Assembly (NCBI RefSeq): GCF_030144855.1
Contig: NC_082710.1
Location: 119,164,001 to 119,228,000, forward strand
Direction: 5' to 3'
DNA: 64,000 nucleotides
From: Hypanus sabinus
Lineage: Eukaryota
How positions within the stretch are numbered: position 1 is the first letter of the stretch; the number at the start of each line of letters is the position of its first letter. Position numbers and translations under genes: made by a program. Of this stretch, positions 62,401 through 64,000 are shown in pieces. A model generated the notes under the pieces. It was not told the DNA's origin. It did no database searches and worked only from the letters and a program-made list of their open reading frames with translations.

Positions 62401-63175
62401 GGCTGTGGAGGTCAGGTCATTGGATATATAACTGCACCAGTCCAATGAAATAATGGCCAGACAACATACAGATGTCCTTGAAGATTTATTTCTATTTCTC
62501 TCTCTCTTCCTTCAGCAGACACCGTTGAAACTACAAGAAAATAAAGGACATTCGTACATCTCTCAGTCTTTTAAAGTCTCTCAAGCTAGTGTCCGCCGAT
62601 AAGCAGCCCCAAAACATGTCAGCACAACAAAAGTGTGCTGAAATCAAATAAAATCACTAAAAACTAATTGCAGTGTCCATGTAAAGACAGATCACAAAAT
62701 TAATTAAAACAAATAAAAAACAATTACCGTGTGCACCTCTTGGACCACATGCAGAATAAAGTTATTTTAGAGCCATATATCTTTCTCTGCTTCCATGTTG
62801 GTTCTGACCCATAATGTCACAGTCATGCTCTTACTAAACTCTGGTCATGTGACCTGTTACACTCCACTTTAAATAAAACCTTACATAAAAGGCACAACAT
62901 TTTTAATCAAACATTATTTTATGATAAAATAATCATGAATTTATGACAAAAACATATAAAATTAACATCTCAATGAAACATGTCTCGGAGACATTTACCG
63001 GGTGCATTTAAGACAGGTATAGATAGTTCCTTCATTAGCCAGGGCATCAAAAGGTATGGGGTGAAAGCAGGGCAATGGGGATGACTGGAAGAATTGGATC
63101 AGCCCATGATTGAATGACGGAACAGACTCAATCGGCCAAATGGCTACTTCTGCTCCTATGTCTTATGATCTTTTG
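59410..63175 (+). mobile_element. Near full-length CR1 ORF2 (APE endonuclease and RT) with ORF1 end and 3' tail, frameshifted
   Basis: LYLNACSIKNK..ISETWL; GGGVAL; GDFN; SDH; YRPVSLTSVVGK; YLDFQKA; GVPQGSVLGP; KFANDTK; PRLEYCVQFW. Foreign insertion at ~62428-63000. Confidence 0.95.
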
Positions 63176-63186
63176 GTCTTACCAGT

Positions 63187-63915
63187 ATGACAAAGCAGAC
63201 GGTGATGGACTTTAGGAAGACTACGCCTGCACTAATCCCTGTTACTACTGATGGTGAGGATGTGGATGTGGCGAGGACCTACAAGTACCTGTGGGTGGAC
63301 CTGGATGACAGACGAGTGGAGCACCAGCTGAGAAACTGTGTACAAGAAGGGCCAGAGTCAACTCTATTTCCTGAAGAGACTTAGGTCCCTTGGGGTATGC
63401 AGGCCTCTCCTTCACATGTTTTACTTGTCTGTTGTCACCAGTACAATCACCTATGTGAAGGTGTGCTGGGGCAACGGTATCAAATATGGGTGATGCCAAC
63501 AAGCTCAATAAACTGATTTGAAACACTGGCTCTGTTAAAGGAGTCAAACTGGACATACTGGAGGCTGTGGTAGAACAAGGGACCCACAGAATACCCTGGA
63601 AATTCTGGACAATGTTTCTCACCCTCTGCATTCCACCTTGGCTGAACAGAAGAGCACTTTTAGTATCAGATGAAGACAACTGTGCTATTCCAAAGAGAAC
63701 TATATGAGGTCATTCTGACCCTTTGCCATTAGACTCTATAATGAGTCAACCTATAACTTGAGAAGTGATGACCCCCCTCCTGTTAAACTGTTTGAAGTAA
63801 CTAATGTTTTATTCTTTCTTACTTCTTTTATAATATTTGTATATCTGTGCACATTAATTGCTACTGTGACACTGTAATTTCCTTTGTGATCAATAAAGTA
63901 TCTATCTGTCTATCC
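63187..63915 (+). mobile_element. Rex/Babar-type LINE 3' fragment with (TATC)n tail
   Basis: KQTVMDFRK..GEDVDVARTYKYL..KKGQSQLYFLKRLRS; AATAAAGTATCTATCT end. Confidence 0.85.
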
Positions 63916-64000
63916 ATACCCAATTCATAAAAGAGGACACCTGCGAAATATTTTTTGTTAATATTTAAAAGTTTATTCCTGATTATCTGTATGGTGTTTG

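Overview
This is eukaryotic, repeat-dense genomic DNA with two assembly gaps (2434-2639, 8607-8765). The repeat landscape (CR1, Rex/Babar, RTE, Penelope with hammerhead motifs, V-SINE/HE1-like SINEs, Gypsy, ERVs, hAT/Buster, Tigger, Chapaev3) suggests a cartilaginous fish, probably a ray; this is inference. No intact host gene, rRNA/tRNA gene or CRISPR array is visible. Most of the window is nested, decayed transposable elements, and many have termini and target-site duplications (TSDs) that can be read directly. Four things stand out. (1) About 20 non-repetitive, exon-sized islands on the minus strand (about 59.0 kb to 10.1 kb) carry splice signals and protein-like frames broken by stops, lost donors and one transposon insertion. 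They look like a large, unidentified, non-processed pseudogene. (2) A two-LTR class III (ERV-L/S-like) provirus has a gamma-type Env TM, has lost its RT, and has a protease catalytic Asp apparently removed by a 2-nt hairpin micro-inversion. (3) An inverted Penelope unit carries minimal hammerhead ribozyme cores. (4) A Gypsy gag-pol junction has a -1 frameshift cassette. All family assignments come from motif recognition by eye, not from database searches.
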